From contig CAVTCR010000063.1 in the NCBI GenBank assembly GCA_963733195.1, positions 37,580 through 101,579 of the forward strand: a DNA stretch of 64,000 nt, in the 5' to 3' direction. The notes under the pieces are model-generated. The model ran no database searches. It was given only the letters and a program-made list of their open reading frames with translations, and was not told where the DNA came from. The translations under genes were made by a program, and so were the position numbers. Numbering within the stretch: position 1 is the stretch's first letter; each line of letters begins with the position of its first letter. Shown in pieces: positions 23,117-34,120 of this stretch. The stretch comes from an uncultured delta proteobacterium. GTDB taxonomy: Bacteria > Desulfobacterota > Binatia > Bin18.

Positions 23117-23172
23117 GTAGGGCGTGCTATGCGCGCCGGGTAACTTGGGGGGCGCACAGCGTGCGCCCTTAT
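23117..23172. repeat. GTAG-type REP doublet
   Basis: gtagggcgtgctatgcgcgcc...ggcgcacagcgtgcgcccttat. Confidence 0.6.
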
Positions 23173-23191
23173 CCTTAGTAAGGAGAGAGTT

Positions 23192-24668
23192 ATGCCCTAC
23201 GATCTCATCATCCGTAATGGAACTATCATCGATGGTACTGGCCGCCCTGGACAAGCAGCTGACGTTGCTATGCAAGACAACCGTATTGCTGCTGTTGGCA
23301 CGGTGAGTGAAGAAGCGAAAAAGACGATTAATGCGACAGGACGAGTTGTTTCTCCGGGCTTTATCGACGTTCATTCCCACGACGATTTTGCCTTACTCGA
23401 TCGTCCACTCTGTGACTTCAAGATCATGCAAGGTGTGACGACTGAGGTCATTGGTAACTGCGGGTTTGGTGCGGCACCGGCGAGTGCGGCGTATAAAGAG
23501 TTTTTGCAAGGATTTGGTGCTGTGTTATTTGGTCCGCTAGGCCAGTTCGCTTGGGAAACCACGGACGAATTCTTTCGTTTGCTTGAGGCTCATCCTCCAT
23601 CGGTTAACGTGGTCGCCCAGATTCCGCATGCTGCTGTGCGTTATGGCGTACTGGGAAGCGAGAAACGACCGCCAACCGCGCAAGAGTTGAGTCGGATGCA
23701 AGCGTTAGTCCGTGAAGGAATGGAAGCCGGTGCGGTTGGGTTATCAACCGGACTCTACTATCTGCCGCATACGCAAACCGAAGAAGTGATAGCGCTCGCG
23801 AAAATAGTTGCAGAGTATCGCGGTCTCTATGCCACCCACATGCGTAATGAAGCCGGCCATCTACTTGATTCGATCACCGAGACTCTCCGCATTGGCGAAG
23901 AAGCGGAAGTGCCGGTGCAGATTTCTCACCACAAAGCGATGGGTCGTAAGAACTGGGGGAAAGTTGTTGAGAGCTTGGCCTTAGTTGAGCAGGCCCGTCA
24001 GCGTGGTCAGGATGTGACGTCAGATGCTTACCCGTATGTTGCCGGCAGCACGACTCTCGCCGCGCTGGCGAGCGGCGGATCGTTGGAGCTGGTGTCTCCC
24101 GCAGACGTATTGATTGCTTCGACCCCGAACAAGCACGAGTATGAAGGTAAAACTCTGGACGAGATCTGCCGTCTCCTGGAAAAACCACTTGATCAGGTGG
24201 TGAAAGACATTCTTGCTGAAGAAGGGGAAGGGGTAGTGGCGGTGATCTTCGGTATGGAGGAGACCGATGTTCGTCGTGTCCTTGCGCATCCCACAACGAT
24301 GATCGGTTCTGATGGCATTCCCTCAGTCGAAGGCAAACCGCATCCGCGTCTCTACGGGACCTTTGCTAAGGTGCTTAGGGACTTACGCACGTGACGAGCG
24401 GTTGTTCTCTCTCGAAGAAGCGATCCATCGTATGACTGGTCTTCCTGCCCAGAAGTTTCGCCTCACCGATCGTGGTGTCATTCGTGAAGGTGCGTACGCT
24501 GACCTGGTTGTTTTCGATCCACACACGGTCGCTGATGTCGGTACTTATCAAGAGCCACGTCGTTATCCACCAGGCATCGATTACGTCATCGTCAACGGCA
24601 AGATTACTGCTGACCGTGGGCGGCATACCGGTGAACGCAACGGGCAGATGTTGAGGCAAAAAAAATAG
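23192..24668 (+). CDS. N-acyl-D-amino-acid deacylase (D-aminoacylase), frameshift near 24375
   Basis: PGFIDVHSHDD, GNCG, HMRNE, ISHHK, GSDG, HPRLYGTF; second frame EEAIHRMTGLPA...ADLVVFDP. Confidence 0.9.
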
Positions 24669-24678
24669 GGTACAGCCG

Positions 24679-25494
24679 TCAGTACCAAATCTCCATTCGC
24701 AATCGTTTGTGATCAACCGGTGGATCTACTGGGATGCGGCTGGCCTGATCGTTAGCGATGCGGAAGGCAGTCCAAGCGAGGACGTAGGCGTCGAGTATAT
24801 CGTCGGGGGCGGCTTGAGAGCGGTTGAAAGGTAACGCAGATAGAAACATTTCGTGAAGAGAGGTTGTGTCATTCTGAAAGGAGCGGAGCGGAGTGAAGAA
24901 TCTCTCTTGGGGGTATCGAAGGGAGGGATTCTTCGCTTCGCTCAGAATGACATTTCCGTGCTTGACGTTTGCTCTATAAGGGACCAGCCAATGACTAAGC
25001 ACCTGTAATCGCTCCTCCCGGCCTTCTCGTGTCTTCTTGTTATATTGCATCGGTGTATTAGCTAGTGACATGAACGCCAACTCGGGATGGGTTTCGTGGA
25101 TGCGCTTTTGTAACTCTGGCGTCATCAATCGATCGACTTCGCGAATCTTCGGCAGGATGTTGAACGCTTGGATACTCAAGCCTTGGGTGCGAACTTGTTC
25201 GTAGTGTGTCGCTTGCAGCATCGGACGAGTAGGGGGAGAAAAAATGCTGCTGGCTCTGCGACCCAGGAATTTGCGGGCTTGTCGATCGCATTCCCGTCCT
25301 CCCGGTTGCCATGCATCGAGTAGACCGATGGGAATATCGATGGCAATCACTGCCGGTTGAGGGTCAAGCGCGAGAACGTCAGCAAAGGTGGGGCAGAGTA
25401 TGACGTGATGATCCCGTAAACTTCCGCCCTCGTGTTTGAGGAGTACGACGATCCAACCACCACGACAGCCATCTACGCCTGCGACCCGTGTCAT
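24679..25494 (-). CDS. DUF429 family (predicted RNase H-like nuclease) protein with an in-frame repeat insertion
   Basis: VAGVDGCRGGW, IDIPIGL, ETHPELAF, DDILDA. Confidence 0.85.
   Translation of the reverse strand: MTRVAGVDGCRGGWIVVLLKHEGGSLRDHHVILCPTFADVLALDPQPAVIAIDIPIGLLDAWQPGGRECDRQARKFLGRRASSIFSPPTRPMLQATHYEQVRTQGLSIQAFNILPKIREVDRLMTPELQKRIHETHPELAFMSLANTPMQYNKKTREGREERLQVLSHWLVPYRANVKHGNVILSEAKNPSLRYPQERFFTPLRSFQNDTTSLHEMFLSALPFNRSQAAPDDILDAYVLAWTAFRIANDQASRIPVDPPVDHKRLRMEIWY
24867..24952. repeat. Palindromic element (VILSEAKN type) inside the DUF429 CDS
   Basis: tgtcattctg...gaagaatc / gattcttc...cagaatgaca nested inverted repeats. Confidence 0.85.
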
Positions 25495-25702
25495 ATTTGC
25501 AAAAGCGACCGGTACGAATAGCGCACCCTACAATTTCCGTTCGGAGGATGGCATTGGATGTACAACTCCTTTCAGAAAATGCTTGCTGCTACAAACCTCG
25601 TCCCTACTCTACCACAAGTAACTCCTTGATTTTCCGTCCCTCTGCTCTCTCGTATCTTCTGGTATAGATTGTGCGCTCTGTGATGGTTGAGAGGGAGCAA
25701 CT

Positions 25703-26445
25703 ATGAGTATTACGCTGATTGTTCTTGGTACTGGCATTGTCATGATGATATGTGAGGTTGCACGTCCAGGCCGGTCGTGGCCGCAGGTGGCTGGGTGGTG
25801 GACCCGAGCGGCCCTGTTGAATGGTCTCCAGGGCGTTATGGTGTTCATTGCTGGCGTTACTTGGGATCGTTGGTTGATCGAGCATCGCTTGTGGTCGGCT
25901 GATACGCTGGGCATTACTGGTGGTGCAATCGCCGGTTATCTGACTATCACGTTTATCTATTATTGGTGGCATCGCTGGCGACATGAAGTTCCGTTATTGT
26001 GGCGTTGGTTTCACCAAGTACACCATAGCCCGCAACGGATCGAAATCATCACCAGCTTCTACAAACACCCTTTGAACTTCTCGCCAACAGCATTCTGTCG
26101 AGCGCTATTCTCTACTTGTTAGTTGGCGTCGGTCCAGCAGCTGCAGCCCAAGCTGTTCTCATTAGTGGTCTGGCCGAATTGTTCTACCATTGGAACGTAC
26201 GTACGCCGTACTGGCTTGGTTATGTTTTCCAGCGACCGGAGAGTCATTGTGTCCATCATCAGCAAGGACTCCACTCCTATAACTTTGCAGATCTGCCAAT
26301 ATGGGACATGCTGTTCGGGACGTTCCGTAATCCAGCGCAGTGGCAGGAACGCTGCGGGTTTGGGCCTGACCGAGAGTATCGACTTGGAGAGATGCTACTT
26401 GGTGTTGATGTGAATCTGACTCCTGCAACGCGGAGGGCCGCATGA
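25703..26445 (+). CDS. Sterol desaturase / fatty acid hydroxylase family protein, frameshift near 26075
   Basis: His boxes HRWRH, HQVHH, HCVHH; LPIWDMLFGT. Confidence 0.88.
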
Positions 26446-26927
26446 ACAAGGCAGCGATCGCTCTCTTAATAGTGGGACTGCTCCAAATGACCGGTGATGT
26501 TCTTGGTATTTCGGCATTGAAGGGGATCGGCGCAGCGACAGTGGCATCACCTGCACCAAAAGTGTTCTCTGCTGCACGAGGACTAGAAACGTATTCCAGT
26601 CGCTTCTTTCTCGAATGGACGGATCATGACGGTAAGGCTCATTCGCTTGTGCTCACGCCCGAGATCTATGGCCGACTTGCCGGTCCGTATAATCGACGCA
26701 ACGTGTACGGAGCGGCATTGGCGTACGGACCGGTACTCTCTACTGACCCACGGACTCAGCCAATGTTCCAGGCCGTGATTCGCTACGCGTTCTGTGGCGA
26801 AGCTCCCATGCTCAAAGAACTGGGCATTGATTCGCGTGCTGTTGCTGGTCAGGTACGTGTCCGCCTTGAACCGATTCCAGGAACGCCAGTAGACCTCCCG
26901 CGGGTGTTGGAGCCATCATGTCAATGA
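26442..26927 (+). CDS. Hypothetical exported/membrane-anchored protein, translationally coupled in the desaturase operon
   Basis: ATGA overlaps on both sides; hydrophobic N-terminus; GPYNRRNVYGAALAYGP. Confidence 0.75.
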   Translation: MNKAAIALLIVGLLQMTGDVLGISALKGIGAATVASPAPKVFSAARGLETYSSRFFLEWTDHDGKAHSLVLTPEIYGRLAGPYNRRNVYGAALAYGPVLSTDPRTQPMFQAVIRYAFCGEAPMLKELGIDSRAVAGQVRVRLEPIPGTPVDLPRVLEPSCQ

Positions 26928-28166
26928 ACAATGGCTGGACCGGTGGGCAGTATAGCTTGTTCCGCGTGCTGTTTGGGGCATATCTCTTCGTCCATTTTGC
27001 GCACCTCATCCCATGGGGAAAGGAGCTATTTTCCAACCAGGGGATGCTCCCACAAGGAAGTGTCAGCCCGGTGTTGTGGTTATTTCCGAATATTCTTGCC
27101 TTGTGGGATACGTCGGCGTTTGTGACTACACTATTGGTGATTGCTACTGGTGTCAGCCTTTTGTTCGCAATTGGCTACTACGATCGCATGGCGGCGGTGG
27201 TGCTTTGGTACATCTGGGCATGTCTGTTCGGGCGTAATCCACTCATTGCTAATCCCGGCTTACCGTATGTTGGTTGGCTGCTGCTTGCGCATGCCTGCTT
27301 GCCCGTTGCGCCGTATGGTTCGTGGGCGGCGCGGAATCGTTCAGATCCCGCTGGTTCGTGGCAGATGCCGCCATCGATTTATGCGGTTGCGTGGATTCTG
27401 ATGGCAATTGGCTACACATATAGCGGTCTGTGGAAGCTAATGAGTCCGTCGTGGTTAGACGGTACTGCGCTCATCCGAGTCATGGAGAATCCCCTGGCCC
27501 GCTCAGGTCCGATTCGTGACTTGTTGTTATCGTTGCCGGAATGGATCTTACAGTCTCAAGACATGGGGCGCACTTACCTTAGAGATCGCGTTTGCTCCGC
27601 TCATCCTAATTCCGTGGCTACGTCCGTGGATTTGGGGTCTCATGCTGATGATGCACTTTGCCCTGATGGCAGTTGTAGACTTTGCTGACCTGAGCCTTGG
27701 CATGGTGATGTTGCATCTGTTTACGTTCAACCCGGCATGGATACGCCCACAGGCAGCGACAGCGCCCGACCTGGTTTTCTACGATGGCCACTGCGGGCTG
27801 TGTCATCGCGCAGTTCGGTTTTTATTGGCAGAAGACCCCACCAACGCGACCTTCCATTTTGCACCGCTTGAGAGTGAAACCTTTCGGACTGCAATCGGTG
27901 AAGATCAACGAGCAACCTTACCTGACAGTATCATCGTGCAGACAGCCAGTGGTATTGTCCTCATGCGTTCGGCTGCGGTGTTGTATGCGCTTAAGCGATT
28001 GGGTGGCATATGGCGCTTGGTCGGGACCATTGCAGCGTTAGTCCCGGCTGGCGTCCGTGACTGGGCGTATGATGGGATTGCGCATATTCGCTACCGTCTC
28101 TTTCGTACTCCAGCGGAAGTATGCCCGCTTGTCCCTGCTGACCTGCGGGCTAGATTCAAAATGTGA
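26924..28166 (+). CDS. HTTM-like multi-TM protein fused to a DCC1/DUF393 thiol-disulfide domain, frameshift near 27555
   Basis: RNPLIANP, YSGLWKL.SPSW.DG (HTTM-like); C-terminal FYDGHCGLCH...YDGIAHIRYRLF (DCC family). Confidence 0.75.
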
Positions 28167-28212
28167 CATTCGTCTACAACAAGTGAGGAACAAGTACGGA
28201 GAAAGAAGTCGT

Positions 28213-28620
28213 ATGGAAGAATCGTCGTCGACGCCAAACTTTCAGCCGCTCCGCATTTTGTGGACGGCTTTTCTAGGAGCGGTATGTGTCTATATTGTGA
28301 TTGCTTATGCCCTTGGCCAAGGGCGGCTGGCCTCATCAGACCTCACTTTCATGGTGCCGATTTTGGCTGGAGCAGCAGTAGGGATGACACTATTAGCTTT
28401 TTCCGGCGGACGACTGTTTGCGAAGATGGAGTATCAGGCATACTGCATTGTTCGTTGGGCGATGATTGAAAGTGTGGGGATCTTTGGGTTGCTACTGGCA
28501 TTGCTTGGGGCTTCACTGACCACTGCTGTTGCTTTCTGTGGCTGGGCAGTGCTTTCACTTTTTCGTTTACGCCCGACGCCCGAGGATTATCAGCAATTCC
28601 TGCGTCTACGAGGGCCTTAA
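28213..28620 (+). CDS. Hypothetical 4-TM membrane protein
   Basis: Four hydrophobic segments; RWAMIES.GIFGL. Confidence 0.65.
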   Translation: MEESSSTPNFQPLRILWTAFLGAVCVYIVIAYALGQGRLASSDLTFMVPILAGAAVGMTLLAFSGGRLFAKMEYQAYCIVRWAMIESVGIFGLLLALLGASLTTAVAFCGWAVLSLFRLRPTPEDYQQFLRLRGP

Positions 28621-28664
28621 TACGTAGACTTGCACCTTCGACCGTCAACCTTACCAGTTCCCTC

Positions 28665-28748
28665 GTCGTTCACTTTGCATTTCCCATTTTCCATTCTTAA
28701 CTCTCCATTTTCCATTCTTCCTTCTTCCTTCTTCCCCTCCCCCTCCTT
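28665..28748. repeat. Degenerate heptamer pyrimidine array
   Basis: cactttg catttcc cattttc cattctt aactctc cattttc cattctt ccttctt ccttctt. Confidence 0.7.
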
Positions 28749-28798
28749 GCTAAACCGCGACGAACCCGCACACTGAGGCGACGAGAGGAGTATCGTGC

Positions 28799-29575
28799 AT
28801 GAGTACACCACAAGAACGGTTCGTGCAGGCAGGAGATTACCGTGTTCGTGTCCTTGAGGCAGGGCATGGTGATCCTCTGCTTTTCTTGCACAGCGCAATG
28901 GGCGCTGGTGTGTGGACCGATGGCATTGCGCGTCTTGCCCAGCGCTTTCGGGTGTTGTTGCCTGATCATCCTGGTTTTGGCCCTTCGCCGCTACCAGATT
29001 GGTTAGTTGGAATGGACGACATGGTTTTCCACTATATGGATTTCCTTGACGCCATGAACATCAATGGTCCAGTGCGTGTTATGGGGGCGTCGTTGGGCGG
29101 GTGGATCGCGGCGGAGCTTGCTGCCTTTCATCCTGAGCGGGTAAAGAAACTCGTTCTCGTCGATGCCGCCGGATTACGTATCCCGGCAGTACCGATGCCG
29201 GATGTGTTTCGTCTCCCGCCACAAGAGGTATTGCCCTTAGCCTTTCATGACCTGTCGAAAGCGATGGCGATTATGCCGAAAGACTTTGGGCCGGATTCGC
29301 TTGTGCAAATGTTCCATGATCGCAGTGCCTTTGCTCGTCTCGCATGGAACCCATATTTGCATGATCCAAAGCTGCCACGCCGACTCCAACGAGCAACAGC
29401 TCCAACACTGGTTGTGTGGGGTCAGCAAGATCGACTCATTCCGCCCGTCTATGCCGAAGAATACAAACGCTTGCTGCCATCGGCGGAAGTTGTCTATATC
29501 GATCAGTGTGGTCACGACCCGACAATTGAACAGCCGGAAGAGTTCGCGCGAGTGGCGGTAGAGTTTTTACGTTAA
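28799..29575 (+). CDS. Alpha/beta hydrolase
   Basis: PGFGPS, GASLGG nucleophile elbow, GQQD, CGH. Confidence 0.9.
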   Translation: MSTPQERFVQAGDYRVRVLEAGHGDPLLFLHSAMGAGVWTDGIARLAQRFRVLLPDHPGFGPSPLPDWLVGMDDMVFHYMDFLDAMNINGPVRVMGASLGGWIAAELAAFHPERVKKLVLVDAAGLRIPAVPMPDVFRLPPQEVLPLAFHDLSKAMAIMPKDFGPDSLVQMFHDRSAFARLAWNPYLHDPKLPRRLQRATAPTLVVWGQQDRLIPPVYAEEYKRLLPSAEVVYIDQCGHDPTIEQPEEFARVAVEFLR

Positions 29576-29629
29576 ACAAGGATTTGGGCTCCAACCCCCA
29601 AATCCTAAATCCTCAGGAGCAAAGCGACC

Positions 29630-30763
29630 ATGCAATCCTATTTTTTCCATCTCATGCCTTGGACAGACTACCCGGAAGATTTCGATGAAAAATATGAATC
29701 CTCGTGGGTGACGTTTCCCAATAAGTTCTACGATCCAGTCAAAGGCGCTGACCTGTACCACCGCTATCTTGATGAATTGGAGTATGCAGACACGCTAGGG
29801 TACGATGGCATCTGCGTCAACGAGCACCACCAGAATGCCTATGGGTTGATGCCGTCACCGAACGTTATTGCCGGGATGTTGGCTCGTCGCACCAAGAACG
29901 CCAAGATTGCCGTCCTTGGCAATGGTCTTCCGTTGCGTGCGAACCCATTGCGCGTGGCAGAGGAGATGGCCATGCTCGATGTCGTGACCCGTGGACGTAT
30001 GATCTCTGGTTTCGTACGCGGAATTGGTTGTGAATACCTCTCGCTTGACATCAATCCGACCTTCTCACGGGAGATGTTTTACGAAGCCCACGATTTGATC
30101 GTACGCGCGTGGACGGAACCTGGTCCCTTCGAGTTCCTGGGGAAACACTATCAGTACCGCTATGTGAATGTCTGGCCTCGTCCTTATACAAAACCGCATC
30201 CGCCTATTTGGCTGCCCTCGGCGGGGAGTTCTGAGACGATCGAGTTCGCAGCGCAACAACGCTACCCCTACGTGTCGGTGTTTACGCCGCTCGAGAACGT
30301 CAAGCGGCTTCTTACCTCGTACCGGACATGTGCGCGAGAGAAGTTTCAATACGAACCTCACCCGTCACAGCTTGGTTATGCGCCTGGAACTTATGTCTCA
30401 GATGATGAGCAGCGAGCTAAAGATGAAGCAGCCGAACACGGACAATTTTTTATGACGAAAGCGTTCAAGATTCCCCCACATTTTTTGATCCCACCAGGGT
30501 ATGTAACGGAAAACTCTTTACGCGGGTTTCTTGCCGCTGGTCTCGGGCAGGGTAGTCCTGTCGGCGATATGATTGCAGGTACGCCAAAGACGGTGGCTGA
30601 CCGTTTGATTGCTGACTACGATTTTCTTGGCGGCTTTGGCTACATCATCGCGGGTGCAGGGCCGGGAAACGCGACGCACGAACAAACCGTCAAACACATG
30701 ACGCTCTTTCAGGCTGAGGTTATGCCTGTATTAAAGAAATATCATGCGCAGAAAACTGCGTAG
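29630..30763 (+). CDS. Luciferase-like (LLM) flavin-dependent oxidoreductase
   Basis: NEHHQ, PLRVAEEMAMLD, PRPYTKPHPPIW. Confidence 0.92.
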   Translation: MQSYFFHLMPWTDYPEDFDEKYESSWVTFPNKFYDPVKGADLYHRYLDELEYADTLGYDGICVNEHHQNAYGLMPSPNVIAGMLARRTKNAKIAVLGNGLPLRANPLRVAEEMAMLDVVTRGRMISGFVRGIGCEYLSLDINPTFSREMFYEAHDLIVRAWTEPGPFEFLGKHYQYRYVNVWPRPYTKPHPPIWLPSAGSSETIEFAAQQRYPYVSVFTPLENVKRLLTSYRTCAREKFQYEPHPSQLGYAPGTYVSDDEQRAKDEAAEHGQFFMTKAFKIPPHFLIPPGYVTENSLRGFLAAGLGQGSPVGDMIAGTPKTVADRLIADYDFLGGFGYIIAGAGPGNATHEQTVKHMTLFQAEVMPVLKKYHAQKTA

Positions 30764-30921
30764 GACTTCGATACTACGTGTTAGGAGCCCGCCATTTGCG
30801 TCGCATAAAGAATTCAGATAACACTGAGGGGGATCAAATAGCTTCCAGGGGGGAAGTAAAGGCAATCTTCATAAACCGCTGTACTAGGGCTAAGCAGAAG
30901 GATGAGGAAAGGAGACGTTCG

Positions 30922-31616
<695 letters not shown>

Positions 31617-32043
31617 CCGACCCTAGTGAACGAAGGAATGGCCGTGGGGGGAGGGCTTACCCTGCGGCTATTCTTTCCTCTGGAACGACAGCGCGCCGAA
31701 CCATCTGCAACCTTCCCCCCATCTTCTTCTACGATTTTCTGGTCTCTCTATTAACAAGTGGTGCGTGCGATGTTAGGGTTCAAATCCTTTTGGGTGGCCT
31801 GCTAAACGATTGCTGACAAGGAAGTCGCCATTCGCAAGGGGCAGCTGGTGACTACTGGGAATGTGTTCCAATCGCTAGCGGATCAGTGTTACGCCTTGGC
31901 CAGATGGATAACAGGGGGTGATTTTTGCTCGTCTTCATCTAAAGTTTGCGATAGAACCTGCCGTAGTGCTGTTACCTTCTGCGGCAGCAGGACCGGCACA
32001 GTGTCTAGCCAATGACATCTTCTAAATAGGAAGGGAGGGTTTT

Positions 32044-32740
32044 ATGCGAAAAAATTATGTGTTTTGGCTTCTCTGGGGAGCTGCACTACTGGGAATTTCG
32101 GGCTGCGGTATGTCTGAAACTAAACGAAGGGGGACTATCGTCGGGGCAGCACTCGGCGCAACAGCACTCGGCGTCGGCGGAGTTGTGATAGCTGACGAAT
32201 GTCGGCGATGGGAATCGTCAAAGTGAAAGGTGGTATGGGGCTGGGATCGGGATCCTGGCCGGTGCAGTAATCGGAGGCGCGCTGGGGTATTGGCTGACGG
32301 ATGAACCTGAGGTTTCACCGCCGCCGCCGCCACCGCCGCCACCACCACCGCCGCCACCACCGCCACCGCCACCTGCAATTACCTCGGGAACCACAATCCG
32401 GTTGCGTGGGGTGAATTTTGACTACGATAAAGCAAACATCAAGGCGGATTCTGCCGCAGTGCTCGATGAGGCCGCCCGACTGCTGAATGACAATCCGGAC
32501 GTGCAGGTGAGGATTGTCGGTCATACTGATTCCATAGGGTCCGATGAGTACAACCAACGCCTCTCGGAACGGCGAGCACAAGCAGTGAAAGCCTACTTGG
32601 TTTCCAAAGGGATCGCTGCGAGTCGCTTAACGACCGAAGGTCGAGGGGAACAGGAACCTATTGCCGACAACACGAGGAATGGCAGAGACAATCCTGAGGG
32701 CCGGGCGATGAACCGCCGGGCTGACTTGAAGGTCGAATAA
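32044..32740 (+). CDS. Second OmpA-family lipoprotein (glycine zipper, 19-Pro linker), frameshifted near 32200-32245
   Basis: Lipobox ISGC; same OmpA-C domain as the upstream copy. Confidence 0.88.
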
Positions 32741-32843
32741 CCGACCCTAGTGAACGAAGGAATGGCCGTGGGGGGAGGGCTTACCCTGCGGCTATTCTTT
32801 CCTCTGGAACGACAGCGCGCCGAACCATCTGCAACCTTCCCCC
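32403..32843 (+). repeat. Direct repeat copy B
   Basis: Near-identical to 31279-31719. Confidence 0.95.
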
Positions 32844-32905
32844 TAAGCTTCCTACGTCATACAATGATCTTGACAGACTTACCTCAGCAGAATAAACTTC
32901 AAGAC

Positions 32906-34033
32906 TTATCCAAGCTTTGCCTTGGTCACGCGTATGGCGGCGACCAACGAAACGATGAAGAAACCGCTTAGGAAGAGTAGATCCATGCCTACCTCTGCCA
33001 GTCCAGCCCCTTTGAGTGTAATAGCTCGGAGGGCATGGGCGAAATACCGAGCCGGTAAGCAATGAGATAGAAAGCTGACGAAAGCAGGATAGTTGTCAGT
33101 AGGCACTAAGATACCGGTAATAATCACCGACGGAAACATCACAAAAAATCCGAGGAAGATAGCTTGCTGAACATTCTGTGCCCACGATGAGAAAAAGATA
33201 CCGAAAGCCATGGTTGCTAACATGAAGACGAGCGCAACCAGGAGCAGCAGTAGGAGACTCCCTTTCACGGCAATGCCGTAGAAGAAATAATTCCCTGTCA
33301 GCATCATGACGAGTGCGATAAAACCAACTCCGACATAGGGAAGAATCTTCCCCAACATAATCTCAGCCAGTGACAGTGGAGTGGCAAGAAGCTGCTCGAA
33401 TGTTCCTCGCTCCCGTTCGAGGACGAGGGAGACCGATGCTAACATCAGACAAACTTGTGTCAGCAGATTGGCTGGCATTGTTGACAGAAGACCGAAGCGG
33501 TCCTGTAATCCAGGATTGTACCAATAGCGCTTTTCTAGTGTCACACGAGGAGTTGAGATGCGCTGCTCGCTGCGATCCCGAGTGGGAAGTTGGGTTAATG
33601 AGAACGTGGCAGATGCCTGGGTAATATAATTAGCAAGACGGAGGGCACTACTCGTCTGTGCTCCATTAAGTAACACTTGAATAGGCGATTCTTGCCCTCG
33701 CATGAGCTTTTCATCGAAGTTCCACGGAATGATGATACCGGCAAGGCCATTACGGCGGCGTAAAAAATCCACGACGTCGTCCTCACTGCTGACATGCCGT
33801 GGTTCTTGAAGTGCAGTTAACGAAGTGAGGTCGCCGATCAGCCGACGTGACAGGTCGGTGTGCGACTGATCGTACACCACCCACTCTGCGTTAGTGACTT
33901 CGTTGGTGATCGCCATACCAAACAGTACCAAATAGAGAATCGGCTGGATCAGGATCGCCGCAAGCAGGCCATGATCATGCCGCATCACGCGTGTTTCTTT
34001 GCGTGTGACCGCGAGAATGTTGCGTAGGCGCAT
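32906..34033 (-). CDS. ABC-2 exporter permease (YbhR/YbhS-like)
   Basis: WYNP, ERERGTFEQLLATP, GKILPY. Confidence 0.9.
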   Translation of the reverse strand: MRLRNILAVTRKETRVMRHDHGLLAAILIQPILYLVLFGMAITNEVTNAEWVVYDQSHTDLSRRLIGDLTSLTALQEPRHVSSEDDVVDFLRRRNGLAGIIIPWNFDEKLMRGQESPIQVLLNGAQTSSALRLANYITQASATFSLTQLPTRDRSEQRISTPRVTLEKRYWYNPGLQDRFGLLSTMPANLLTQVCLMLASVSLVLERERGTFEQLLATPLSLAEIMLGKILPYVGVGFIALVMMLTGNYFFYGIAVKGSLLLLLLVALVFMLATMAFGIFFSSWAQNVQQAIFLGFFVMFPSVIITGILVPTDNYPAFVSFLSHCLPARYFAHALRAITLKGAGLAEVGMDLLFLSGFFIVSLVAAIRVTKAKLG

Positions 34034-34120
34034 AGTGTTAAGCTTTCTACACTCAGCTTTCAGCAGTTGAGCTTCACTCTCTTTTTTCTGACTGCATAGC
34101 TGAGTGCTAACCACTGATTA

